Both the position numbers and the translations under genes were made by a program. The notes under the pieces were generated by a model. That model had not been told where the DNA came from. It saw only the letters and a list, made by a program, of their open reading frames with translations, and made no database searches. Positions 23,439-32,887 of a stretch of DNA of 64,000 bases are shown in pieces. This DNA comes from an uncultured delta proteobacterium (GTDB lineage: Bacteria; Myxococcota_A; Polyangia; Palsa-1104), in the NCBI GenBank assembly GCA_963785725.1, contig CAWAWS010000016.1, forward strand, positions 320,001 through 384,000. The letters run 5' to 3'. The stretch's first letter is position 1, and every line of letters begins with the position of its first letter.

Positions 23439-24905
23439 ATGCGCCTGCTCGCCATAGTGGCGGCCCTTTGGGTTTCGATCGCGAGCGCGCGGGCGGCCGA
23501 CAGTCTGCGCGCGCCGGCCGCGGCGTCGATGGCGGGCGGCCGGGTGATCGTCCGCTGGCGGACGGCGGCGCCGGCACAGCCGACGTCGGGGCTGTGGCGC
23601 CATCGGCGCGCTTTGGCCAACGGCGCGCGGCTCATCGAGGCGGCGGATTCGTCGCCGGAGACGACGGCGCGGCTGCTGGCTCAATTGCGCGCCGATCCCG
23701 ACGTCGACTATGCCGAGCCCGATTATGTGCGCCACCGCAGCGTGCAGATCGTCACCCCGGATGATCCGCTGTTCACGCAGCAGTGGGCGCTGCCGATGGT
23801 GCACGCGCAGGAAGCGTGGGGGTTGTCGACGGGAACGACCAGCGTCACCGTCGCCATCATCGACACCGGCATCGTCATGCACTCGGAGTTGGCGGCGCGC
23901 GTCGTGGGCGGATACGACTTCATCACCGATCCGACGGCGGCCGGCGACGGCGACGGGCGCGACCCCGATTACACCGACGCCGGCACGTCCGACGAGTCGA
24001 GCTCGGGGCTGCACGGCACGCACGTCGCCGGCATCGTCGCCGCGCAGGCGAACAACGACGTCGGCGTCGCCGGGCTCGACTGGAACTGCAAGCTGCTGGT
24101 CGCGCGCGTGCTCGGCGTCGAGCATGGCGAAGGTGCCGACAGCGACATCGCCGACGCCATCCGCTGGTCGGCCGGGCTGCACGTCGACGGCGTGCCCGAC
24201 AACGACAAGCCCGCCCAGGTCATCAACATGAGCTTCGGCGGCGCCGGCTTTTCGCAGACGCTGCAAGACGCCGTGCACGCGGCCGTGTCCAACGGCGCCA
24301 TCGTCGTCGCGGCCGCGGGCAACGACGCCGGCGAAGCGCGCTTGGTCGCGCCGGCCAGCCTCGACGGCGTCATCGCGGTCGGCGCCGTCGACCCGACCGG
24401 CAAACGCGCGTCGTACTCGAACTTCGGCAACGTCGTCGTCGTGATGGCGCCCGGCGGCAGCCCCGATCCCGATCCGACGACGGGCGCGCCGCAAGGCGTG
24501 CTGTCGACCATGCGCGTCGACGGCGCCGACACGTATGCCGAGCTGGCCGGCACGTCGCAGGCGTCGCCGTTCGTGTCGGCGACGATCTCGCTCATGAAGG
24601 CGGCCTATCCGCGCCTGACGGCGATCGATGCGCGCGACATCTTGCAGCTGACGGCCGATCCGTCGGCGCAATGTGCCGATCCGAACGATCCGACGGTGAC
24701 GGGCTGTGGCGCCGGGCTGCTCGACGTGCAGGCCGCGGTGGCGCTGGCCGTGCAATCGCAGGCGCAGGGCGGGTTCGATACGCACGTCGGCAACAGCGTG
24801 CGCGGCGGCTGCGACTTCGGCGGTCGCGACGGCAGCGGCTGGCCGGCGCTCGCCTTCGTGCTCGTGCTGCTCGCCGGCGTGCGCGCGCGGCGTCGCATGT
24901 TATAG
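23439..24905 (+). CDS. S8 subtilisin-like protease with MYXO-CTERM-like sorting tail
   Basis: IIDTG, HGTHVAG, AAGN, GTSQASP; C-terminal GGC...TM-RARRR. Confidence 0.92.
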   Translation: MRLLAIVAALWVSIASARAADSLRAPAAASMAGGRVIVRWRTAAPAQPTSGLWRHRRALANGARLIEAADSSPETTARLLAQLRADPDVDYAEPDYVRHRSVQIVTPDDPLFTQQWALPMVHAQEAWGLSTGTTSVTVAIIDTGIVMHSELAARVVGGYDFITDPTAAGDGDGRDPDYTDAGTSDESSSGLHGTHVAGIVAAQANNDVGVAGLDWNCKLLVARVLGVEHGEGADSDIADAIRWSAGLHVDGVPDNDKPAQVINMSFGGAGFSQTLQDAVHAAVSNGAIVVAAAGNDAGEARLVAPASLDGVIAVGAVDPTGKRASYSNFGNVVVVMAPGGSPDPDPTTGAPQGVLSTMRVDGADTYAELAGTSQASPFVSATISLMKAAYPRLTAIDARDILQLTADPSAQCADPNDPTVTGCGAGLLDVQAAVALAVQSQAQGGFDTHVGNSVRGGCDFGGRDGSGWPALAFVLVLLAGVRARRRML

Positions 24906-24912
24906 ATCGCGC

Positions 24913-25404
24913 GTGCCCAAGGTCGACTTCGAACGAGAGGGCGTGACCGTCGAGGTGCGCGCCGGACAGACGCTGTTGGAGGTCGCCGAGAGCGCGGGCA
25001 TCGACGTATTTCGCGGCATCTGGCCGGCGCTGCACTGCGGATCGCGTCCCGGCTGGTGCAACCGCTGCAAGCTGTGGGTGCACGCCGACAGCGACGGCGC
25101 GATCAACCCGCCGACGGTGAAAGAGACGGCGCGCCTGCGCCTCAACGGCCGCGTCCACGGCGAGCAGCGGCTCGCCTGTCAGGTGCAGGTGCGCGGCGAC
25201 GTGCGCGTGCATACGCGGGCCGGCGGGCCGATCGTGCGGCCGTCGCTGGCGGGCGACGCGCCCGAGTGGAAGAACGCGCTCAGCCAGCGGCCGCCGGCGC
25301 CGGCGAAGCCCGCCGTCGACGCGGCCGCCGCCGTGGCAACCGAGGAGAAGCCAGCCGCTCCCGCGACCAAGGCGGCGGCGGTGACGGACAAGGCGAGCGA
25401 ATGA
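24913..25404 (+). CDS. 2Fe-2S ferredoxin-type protein
   Basis: GQTLLEVA, CGSRPGWCNRC, RLACQ. Confidence 0.8.
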   Translation: MPKVDFEREGVTVEVRAGQTLLEVAESAGIDVFRGIWPALHCGSRPGWCNRCKLWVHADSDGAINPPTVKETARLRLNGRVHGEQRLACQVQVRGDVRVHTRAGGPIVRPSLAGDAPEWKNALSQRPPAPAKPAVDAAAAVATEEKPAAPATKAAAVTDKASE

Positions 25405-26588
25405 GGCGCGTCGCGGTCACCGGCATCGGCGTCGTCAGCGCGCTCGGTGCCGACGCCGCCGCCTTCGCCGACGGGCTGCGCGCCGGCCGCTCGGGCATCG
25501 CGCCCTTGACGCTGTTCGACACCACCGGCTTTCGCGCGCGGCTGGCGGCGCAAGCGCCCGACCCCACGCCGCCGCTGCCGGCCGCGGCGTTGGCGACGGC
25601 GTCGCGGCCCGATCGCTTCGGCTTGCAGGCGGCGTTCGAAGCGGTGGCGCACGCGGGCTTGACGGCGCAGGATTTGGCGCGCGCCGCGGTCGTCTTCGGC
25701 ACCGGCACGGGCGGGCTCACGTCGACGGAGCTCGTCGTGCGCGACGGCGATGGGCCGGCGGCGCTGCTCGTGCCGCATCAGCCGGCGTCGGTGACCAATC
25801 TGGTCGCGCGCCACCTCGGCATCAGCGGGCCGCGCAGCACGATCATGACGGCCTGCTCGTCGTCGGCGACGGCGATTGGCTGGGCCGCCAATCGCATCCG
25901 CCTCGGCCACGTCGACGTCGCGCTGGCCGGCGGCGCCGAGGGGCTCACGCGCCTGACGTACGCCGGCTTCGGCTGCCTCCGCGCGACCGCGCCCGGCGAC
26001 GAGCCCTGCCGCCCGTTCGACGCCGAGCGCAAAGGGCTGACGCTCGGCGAGGGCGCGGCCGTGTTGATCTTGGAAGACATGGAGCGCGCACGCGCCCGCG
26101 GCGCGACGATCTTGGCCGTCCTCGCCGGCTGGGGCATCACCGCCGACGCGCACCACATGACGGCGCCGCATCCCGAGGGCGAAGGCGCGGCGCGCGCGAT
26201 GCGCATGGCGCTCGCCGACGCGCAGGTCGCCCCCGAGCAGATCGGCTACGTCAACGCGCACGGCACCGGCACGCCGCACAACGACGCCGCCGAATCGTTC
26301 GCGCTCAAGACGGTCCTCGGCGCCCGCGCTCCGTCGGTGCCGGTGTCGAGCATCAAGGCGATGGTGGGCCACACGCTCGGCGCGGCCGGCGCCATCGAAG
26401 CCGCCGCGTCGGTGCTGTCGCTGGCGCGCGACTTCCTACCACCGACGGTGAATTTGCGCACGCCCGATCCGGCGTTCGGCCTCGACTTCATCCCCGACCG
26501 CGCGCGGCAGATCCGCGTCGAGGCCGTGCTCTCCAGCTCCTTCGCGTTCGGCGGCAACAACACGGTCCTCGCCTTTACGCGCGCTTGA
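25401..26588 (+). CDS. fabF: beta-ketoacyl-ACP synthase (FabF/KS-alpha type)
   Basis: TACSSS, NAHGTGT, KAMVGHTLGAAG, SFAFGGNN; intact Cys-His-His triad. The symbol denotes the family. Confidence 0.85.
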   Translation: MRRVAVTGIGVVSALGADAAAFADGLRAGRSGIAPLTLFDTTGFRARLAAQAPDPTPPLPAAALATASRPDRFGLQAAFEAVAHAGLTAQDLARAAVVFGTGTGGLTSTELVVRDGDGPAALLVPHQPASVTNLVARHLGISGPRSTIMTACSSSATAIGWAANRIRLGHVDVALAGGAEGLTRLTYAGFGCLRATAPGDEPCRPFDAERKGLTLGEGAAVLILEDMERARARGATILAVLAGWGITADAHHMTAPHPEGEGAARAMRMALADAQVAPEQIGYVNAHGTGTPHNDAAESFALKTVLGARAPSVPVSSIKAMVGHTLGAAGAIEAAASVLSLARDFLPPTVNLRTPDPAFGLDFIPDRARQIRVEAVLSSSFAFGGNNTVLAFTRA

Positions 26589-26606
26589 ATCCGTCGCTGC
26601 CGATCG

Positions 26607-27359
26607 TTACGTCAGGCTGGCGTCGACGGCCGGCGGCAAGATCTCGCTGACGTCGCCTTCGAGCCGCAGCGTCGCCTCGTCGTCCTGCTCGGTCGGCCCG
26701 CGATTGACGATGACGTAGCCGACGCCGCGACGCCGCGCCGTCAGTGGAATCGCCGCCGCCGGCTGCACCGCCAGCGTCGAGCCCAGCGCCACCACCAAGT
26801 CGCACGCCTCCGCCGCCGCGAACGCGCGCTCGAGCACGTCGGCGCGCAGCGCCTGCCCGAAGCTGATCGTCGCCATCTTCAGCCAGCCGCCGCAGTCGCG
26901 ACAGGTCGGCGGCTCGTGCGTGCGCGCGAACGCCGCCATCGCCGCCGCCGGCTCCGTGCGCGCGCCGCAGCCGACGCACTCGACGGCGCGATTGGTGCCG
27001 TGGATCTCGATGAGCCGCGCGGCGTCCGAGCCCGCCAGCTGATGCAGCCCGTCGATGTTCTGCGTCACCAGCGCGTGCACGCGCCCCGCTGCTTCCAGCT
27101 TGGCGATCGCGCGATGGGTCGCGTTCGGCTGCGCGTCGGCGAACTGGCGATAGCCTTCGAGCTTGAAGTCCCAATATTCGCGGCGCTTGTCCGCCGACGC
27201 CAGGAACTCTTGGTGATACACGGGCTGCCGGCGCGTCCAGACGCCGTTGGGGCCACGAAAATCGGGGATGCCGCTCGTCGTCGAGATGCCGGCGCCGGTG
27301 AAGACCAAGATGCGCCGCGCGCCCGCCAGCGCCGCGACCAGGCGTGCCTCGGCGGCCAC
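26607..27359 (-). CDS. cobB: NAD-dependent protein deacylase (sirtuin)
   Basis: TGAGISTTSGIPDFR, TQNIDGLH, HGT, two CxxC motifs, GSTL, VN. Confidence 0.9.
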   Translation of the reverse strand: MAAEARLVAALAGARRILVFTGAGISTTSGIPDFRGPNGVWTRRQPVYHQEFLASADKRREYWDFKLEGYRQFADAQPNATHRAIAKLEAAGRVHALVTQNIDGLHQLAGSDAARLIEIHGTNRAVECVGCGARTEPAAAMAAFARTHEPPTCRDCGGWLKMATISFGQALRADVLERAFAAAEACDLVVALGSTLAVQPAAAIPLTARRRGVGYVIVNRGPTEQDDEATLRLEGDVSEILPPAVDASLT

Positions 27360-27363
27360 GCGC

Positions 27364-28302
27364 TTACTCGACGAGGTGGAAGAAGCGCTTGACGCGAATA
27401 CCCTCGGGCTCGCCTTCGGAGAACCAGATGACCATCGCCTTGCCCTTGATGAGATCGAACGGGACCGTGCCCCAAAAGCGCGAGTCATGCGAGTTGTCGC
27501 GGTTGTCGCCCATGACGAACACGTTGTCCTTGGCGACCTTGACGGGCGGGAAGTCGTCGCGCGTGATGCCGGGCGCGAGGTATGTCATGTAGCTGGTGCC
27601 GTCAGCGAGCGTCTCGCGATAGGGCTGACAGCGCTTCTGCTCCCACTTCTCGTCCAGCTCGGTGAAGTCCATGTAGCGGCACTCGCCGTCGACGGCCTGG
27701 CGCGGAATCGGCTGACCGTTGACGATCGCCTGGCCGTCGCGAATCTCGACCGTGTCGCCTTCGATGCCGACGATGCGCTTGATGAAATCCTTGTCCGGCT
27801 CTTTCGGATAGATGAAGACGATGACCTCGCCGCGCTTCGGCTTGCGATAGCCCATGCCGAACTTGATGTTCGTGAACGGGATGCGAATGCCGTAGATGAA
27901 CTTGTTGACGAAGATGTGATCGCCCACCTGCAGCGTCGGAATCATCGAGCCCGACGGGATCTTGAAGGCCTCGACGACGAAGGCGCGCAAGAAGAGCGCG
28001 ATCAAGACGGCGATGGCGATCGACTCGATGTACTCGCGCGCCGTCGACTTGCGCGCGAACGAGAGGTGATTGTCGAGCTGCTTGTCGAGGACGTTGAGCG
28101 CTTCGGTCAGATGATCGTAGTCGCGATTGATGACGGTCTGCGACAGATGATCGATCGCCGTCTTGACCTGCGTGGCCGACTCCGGCTTGAGCCGCTCGCC
28201 GTATTTGCGCAGGACGCGTCGCCCTTCGCGCAAGAGGAGCTCGGCCTCTTTGACGCCGCGCCGACGCAAGCTCCACGAGTTGTAGCGCGCGACGACGTCC
28301 AC
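27364..28302 (-). CDS. lepB: signal peptidase I
   Basis: IPSGSMIPTL, FIKRIVG, GDNRDNSHDSRFWG; immediately downstream of lepA. Confidence 0.95.
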   Translation of the reverse strand: MDVVARYNSWSLRRRGVKEAELLLREGRRVLRKYGERLKPESATQVKTAIDHLSQTVINRDYDHLTEALNVLDKQLDNHLSFARKSTAREYIESIAIAVLIALFLRAFVVEAFKIPSGSMIPTLQVGDHIFVNKFIYGIRIPFTNIKFGMGYRKPKRGEVIVFIYPKEPDKDFIKRIVGIEGDTVEIRDGQAIVNGQPIPRQAVDGECRYMDFTELDEKWEQKRCQPYRETLADGTSYMTYLAPGITRDDFPPVKVAKDNVFVMGDNRDNSHDSRFWGTVPFDLIKGKAMVIWFSEGEPEGIRVKRFFHLVE

Positions 28303-30101
28303 TATTCGACCTTGAGAACCGCGAGAAAGGCTTCCTGAGGAATCTCGACGTTGCCCACGGACTTCATGCGCTTTTTGCCCTCTTTTTGCCGCTCGAGCAG
28401 CTTGCGCTTACGCGAGATGTCGCCGCCGTAGCACTTGGCGGTGACGTTCTTGCGCAGCGCCTTGACCGTCGTGCGGGCGATGACCCGCGAGCCGATGGCC
28501 GCCTGAATGGCGACCTCGAACTGCTGCACCGGCACCAGCTCCTTCATTTTGACGCACAAGTCCTGCCCGCGGTTGTAGCTGCGATCGCGGTGCGTGATGA
28601 TCGACAAGGCGTCGACGCGCTCGCCGTTCACCAGCAAATCGAGGCGCACGAGATCGGCCTCGCGATACTCTTTGAGCTCGTAATCGAGCGACGCATAGCC
28701 GCGCGAGATCGTCTTCAGCTTGTCGTAAAAGCCGAACACGACCTCACCGAGCGGCAGGTCGTATTTGACGATGACGCGGTTGTCACCGACGTAGTCGATG
28801 CCCGTCTGCATGCCGCGGCGCTCTTGGCACAAGGTGATGATGTTGCCGACGTACTCGTGCGGCACGTGAATCGTCGCGCCGATGATCGGCTCTTCGACGC
28901 GCACGAACTTGCCGGGGTCGGGCATCGCCGCCGGGTTGGCGATCTCGTGCACGCTGCCGTCTTGCGACACGATGCGATAGCGCACCGTCGGCGCCGTGAC
29001 GATGAGGTCGAGGTTGTACTCGCGCTCGAGCCGCTCCTGCACGATCTCCATGTGCAACAGGCCCAAGAAGCCGCAGCGAAAGCCGAAGCCGAGCGCCAGC
29101 GACGTCTCGGCCTCGTACGTGAACGACGAGTCGTTCAGCGCCAGCTTGTCGAGCGCCTCGCGCAACTCGACGTAGCGCGCCGAGTCGGTCGGGAAGATGC
29201 CGGCGAAGACCATCGGCTTGACCAGCTTGAAGCCGGGCAAAGGCGGCGCCTGACGATCGGTCTCGGTGATGGTGTCGCCGATCTTCGTGTCCGCGACCTG
29301 CTTGATGTTGGCGATGACGAAGCCGACCTCGCCCACCGACAGCGTCTCGAGCTCCGCCGGATGCGGCGTAAAGGCGCCGACGGCCAGCACTTCGAAGTCG
29401 GTGCTCGTCGCCAACAGGCGAATCTTGAGCCCTTTTCGCAGCGTGCCTTGCATGACGCGCACGAGCGTGACGACGCCTTTGTACGGGTCGTACCAGCTGT
29501 CGAAGATGAGCGCTTGCAGCGGCGCATTCGGATCGCCCGTCGGCGGCGGCATGCGCGTGCAGATCGCCTCCAGGATCTCGTGAATGCCGAGCCCCGTCTT
29601 CGCCGACGCCAAGAGCGCGTCCGACGCGTCCATGCCGATGACTTCCTCGATCTGCTTCTTCGCGCCTTCGGGATCGGCCGACGGCAGATCGATCTTGTTG
29701 AGCACGGGCACGATGGTGAGGTTGTTATCGAGCGCCAAATAGACGTTGGCCAGCGTCTGCGCTTCCACGCCTTGCGCCGCGTCGACGACCAAGAGCGCGC
29801 CTTCGCAGGCGCCGAGCGCGCGCGAGACTTCGTAGCCGAAGTCGACGTGGCCGGGCGTGTCGATCAAGTTCATGACGTAGTCTTGGCCGGCGTCGCTCTT
29901 GTAATAGAGCCGCACCGACTGCGCCTTGATGGTGATGCCGCGCTCGCGCTCCAATTCCATCTTGTCGAGGAACTGATCTTTGCGCTCGCGCTCGGTCAGC
30001 GCGCCGGTGGCGTCCAGGATGCGATCGGCGAGCGTCGACTTGCCGTGGTCGATATGCGCGATGATCGAAAAATTTCGGATGAACTTCGGGTCTGCGGACA
30101 T
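28302..30101 (-). CDS. lepA: elongation factor 4
   Basis: [41 protein letters not shown]. Confidence 0.98.
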   Translation of the reverse strand: MSADPKFIRNFSIIAHIDHGKSTLADRILDATGALTERERKDQFLDKMELERERGITIKAQSVRLYYKSDAGQDYVMNLIDTPGHVDFGYEVSRALGACEGALLVVDAAQGVEAQTLANVYLALDNNLTIVPVLNKIDLPSADPEGAKKQIEEVIGMDASDALLASAKTGLGIHEILEAICTRMPPPTGDPNAPLQALIFDSWYDPYKGVVTLVRVMQGTLRKGLKIRLLATSTDFEVLAVGAFTPHPAELETLSVGEVGFVIANIKQVADTKIGDTITETDRQAPPLPGFKLVKPMVFAGIFPTDSARYVELREALDKLALNDSSFTYEAETSLALGFGFRCGFLGLLHMEIVQERLEREYNLDLIVTAPTVRYRIVSQDGSVHEIANPAAMPDPGKFVRVEEPIIGATIHVPHEYVGNIITLCQERRGMQTGIDYVGDNRVIVKYDLPLGEVVFGFYDKLKTISRGYASLDYELKEYREADLVRLDLLVNGERVDALSIITHRDRSYNRGQDLCVKMKELVPVQQFEVAIQAAIGSRVIARTTVKALRKNVTAKCYGGDISRKRKLLERQKEGKKRMKSVGNVEIPQEAFLAVLKVE

Positions 30102-30125
30102 GCGTTGAACCGCAGATTCTATAGT

Positions 30126-30308
30126 CTACTTGATGTCGAAAAGCGACTGCTGACCCGGCAAATGATCGCGATACTTTTCCAGCACCATTTCGATGCCCTG
30201 ACGAATGTATTCCGCCATCGGGACCTTCGTCTTGGCGTTCAGTTGCTTGAGCGCCGCGTCTTGCTCGGGCGTGATGTAGATGGTGGTGGAGATCTTTTTA
30301 CGGCTCAT
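30126..30308 (-). CDS. cdbA: ribbon-helix-helix protein, CdbA-like c-di-GMP-binding nucleoid protein
   Basis: MSRKKISTTIYITPEQ...KTKVPMAEYIRQGI closely resembles Myxococcus xanthus CdbA as recalled from memory. Confidence 0.8.
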   Translation of the reverse strand: MSRKKISTTIYITPEQDAALKQLNAKTKVPMAEYIRQGIEMVLEKYRDHLPGQQSLFDIK

Positions 30309-30346
30309 TCCAGGTCCCTCGCCTACCCAAAGGATATAGCAGACAT

Positions 30347-30375
30347 ATAGTATGTGACCATATATCTATCGTCAA
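30347..30375 (-). promoter_or_regulatory. sigma70-type promoter of cdbA
   Basis: TTGACG-N17-TACTAT on the minus strand, overlapped by (c/g)atata repeats at 30333, 30344 and 30359. Confidence 0.65.
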
Positions 30376-30418
30376 ATCCTAGCTTGCCTGGTGTCCGACG
30401 CAGTCGTACGCTCGCCCC

Positions 30419-31183
30419 ATGCGGATCCTCCTCGGCGTCGGCCTGGCCCTCGCGTTCGTCGGTTGTGCAGGCACGGAAAAGAAGGACACGAACGTCGCCG
30501 GCGAAGGCGCGAACGGCGGCCAACCGGGAACGGCATCGAAGGATCGCAGCCGCTGCGATCCGTCGGGCAAGAAGATCGCCACCGTCGACTTGAACGGCGA
30601 CAACCGGCCCGACGTCTGGAAATACTACGCCACCGTCGTCGAGAACGGCGCCAAGGTCGATGTCCTGACGTGCAAAGAAGTGGACCTCAACTTCGATGAC
30701 AAGAAGGACATGTGGGTCTATTACGACAACGCCGGCAACATCAACAACGAGGAGTACGACCTCGACTTCGACGGCAAAATCGACTTTTGGATCTACCGCC
30801 AGAACGGCCACATCATCCGCAAAGAGCTCGACTCCAACTTCGACGGCAAGCCCGACATCTGGGAGTTCTACGAGAACGACAAGCTGACGCGCCTCGAACG
30901 CTCGACGCGTAAGACCGGCAAGGTCGACGTCTGGGAATATTACGAAGGCGGCAAGCTCGATCGCATCGGCTACGACTCGACGGGATCGGGCCAGATCGAT
31001 CGTTGGGATCGCGCGCCGGAAGAGGCGCAAGCGAGCAACGCCGCGGCGACGCCGGCCGCAGCGGGCGCGACCACGACGCCGGCTTCGAACGGCAGCGCCG
31101 CGCCGCCGCGCCCGCAGCCGCCGACGGTGGCGCCGGAATCGACCGCCAAGACCGGCGACGCGCCGGCCGCCAAGCAGAAGTAA
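30419..31183 (+). CDS. lipoprotein with repeated DxNxDGKxDxW motifs
   Basis: Lipobox FVGC; about six DxDxDG-type repeats, possibly Ca-binding. Confidence 0.75.
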   Translation: MRILLGVGLALAFVGCAGTEKKDTNVAGEGANGGQPGTASKDRSRCDPSGKKIATVDLNGDNRPDVWKYYATVVENGAKVDVLTCKEVDLNFDDKKDMWVYYDNAGNINNEEYDLDFDGKIDFWIYRQNGHIIRKELDSNFDGKPDIWEFYENDKLTRLERSTRKTGKVDVWEYYEGGKLDRIGYDSTGSGQIDRWDRAPEEAQASNAAATPAAAGATTTPASNGSAAPPRPQPPTVAPESTAKTGDAPAAKQK

Positions 31184-31202
31184 GCGCCCCGCTCGCCTCG
31201 CG

Positions 31203-32684
31203 CTATCGGAAGATCCAGCGCATCGCCTTCAGCGTCTGCTGATACAGCTTGTCGGAGTAGGGATACCACCAGAGCTCCTTGGCGAGCGCGAGGCGGTCGT
31301 AGTTCACGTGGCGCGACTGGCAGAGCTCGCGCAAGCCGTGGTCGGAGTGCGTGACGCCGATGCCCGACTGCTTGATGCCGCCCCACGGCGTCTCGGGCGC
31401 GCCGAACGTAAGTAAACAGTCGTTTACCATCGTCATGCCCGACTCGATCTTCTCGGCCAATCGCTTGCCCTTATTGCGATCGCCGGTGAAGACGTAGGCC
31501 ATGAGGCCGAGCGCCGAGTCGTTGGCGAGCTGCAAGGCTTCGTCATCGTCACGCACTTTCATGATCGGCATGACCGGCCCGAAGATCTCTTTGCGCATGA
31601 CGTCCATGTCTTGCTTGCAGTCGACGAGCACCGTCGGCTGGAACGCCAGGCCTTGGCCGCGCCGCTGCCCGCCCGTGCGCACTTTGGCGCCGCTCGCCAG
31701 CGCCGACTTCAGCCGCTCTTCGACGATTTCGGTCTGCCGCTCCCACGTCATCGCGCCCGTGTCCATGCCGGGCCGCAGCTTGTCGACTTCGGCGACGATC
31801 TTGTGCACCAGCTCGTCGTGCACCGCCTGGTTGACGTAGACGCGCTCGACGCTGACGCAGACTTGGCCCTGGTTCGCGAACGCGCCCCACACGAGCGCGC
31901 GCGCCGTGCGATCGAGGTCGGCGTCGGCGCAGACGATGGCCGGCGCCTTGCCGCCGAGCTCGAGGATGCACGGGATCAGCCGTTCGCCGCAGGCGGCAGC
32001 GACTTTGCGGCCGGTCGCGGTGGAGCCGGTGAAGATGCAAAAGTCGATGCCGCTGTCGATGAGCGCCGCACCGGCCGCGCCGCGCCCGCACACGACCTGA
32101 AAGAGCTCGGGCGGCATTCCCGACGCGTCGAACAGCTCTTTGGTCTTGAGCGCGATGAGCGGCGTGACCTCGGACGGCTTGAGGACGACGCCGTTGCCGG
32201 CCAGGAGCGCCATCACGACCTCGCCGGTCGCGATGCCGAACGGGAAATTCCAGGGCGAGATGATGCCGACGACGCCGCGCGGCACGAAGTGCAAGTAGCT
32301 GGCGCGGTTCTTCAAGAGGTGCAGCGAGATCGGCTCGGGCGCCAAGATCTTGGCCGCACGCTTGATGAAATAGGTCGCCAGATCGGCCACGACCATGACC
32401 TCCATCGCCAGCGCTTCGGCCTTCGTCTTGCCGTTCTCGGCCGACAAGAGCGCGCACAGCTCGTCGGCGCGGCTGACGATGAGATCGCGGAAGCGGCCGA
32501 CGCGCGCGGCGCGCTCGTCGACGGGCAAGGCGCCCCAAGCGGCCTGCGCAGCGCGGGCGCGCGCGACGGCGGCGCGGACTTCGTCGGCCGAGGCCTCGCG
32601 GACTTCGCCGAGGACCGCGCCGGTGAGCGGGTTGCGCGAGACGATGGTGTTGAGCTTGTCGTCGACGATGGCTAGGGCGCCCAT
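31203..32684 (-). CDS. aldehyde dehydrogenase
   Basis: PWNFP, KPSE, FTGST, ELGGK, GQVC, EIFGP. Confidence 0.93.
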   Translation of the reverse strand: MGALAIVDDKLNTIVSRNPLTGAVLGEVREASADEVRAAVARARAAQAAWGALPVDERAARVGRFRDLIVSRADELCALLSAENGKTKAEALAMEVMVVADLATYFIKRAAKILAPEPISLHLLKNRASYLHFVPRGVVGIISPWNFPFGIATGEVVMALLAGNGVVLKPSEVTPLIALKTKELFDASGMPPELFQVVCGRGAAGAALIDSGIDFCIFTGSTATGRKVAAACGERLIPCILELGGKAPAIVCADADLDRTARALVWGAFANQGQVCVSVERVYVNQAVHDELVHKIVAEVDKLRPGMDTGAMTWERQTEIVEERLKSALASGAKVRTGGQRRGQGLAFQPTVLVDCKQDMDVMRKEIFGPVMPIMKVRDDDEALQLANDSALGLMAYVFTGDRNKGKRLAEKIESGMTMVNDCLLTFGAPETPWGGIKQSGIGVTHSDHGLRELCQSRHVNYDRLALAKELWWYPYSDKLYQQTLKAMRWIFR

Positions 32685-32858
32685 GGGATCCTCCGTGCGA
32701 GCGTTACCATATCATCGACGGGCGGCAAGCGAATGGAAGTGGCGCGCCTCGCCCGCGGCGCCGGGAAGGCCTCAAATTTTCGTGACCCATCCCACGCGAG
32801 GCGACGGCATTTTGAGGTGCTGACGCAGCCGCGCCGAGCGATCTCGGCAGCTTCGGCG

Positions 32859-32874
32859 TGGCATCGTCCTTGCG
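32859..32874 (+). promoter_or_regulatory. sigma54 -24/-12 promoter
   Basis: TGGCATC-GTCC-TTGCG, 13 nt upstream of ATG 32888. Confidence 0.6.
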
Positions 32875-32887
32875 ATTGGCCGCGGGG

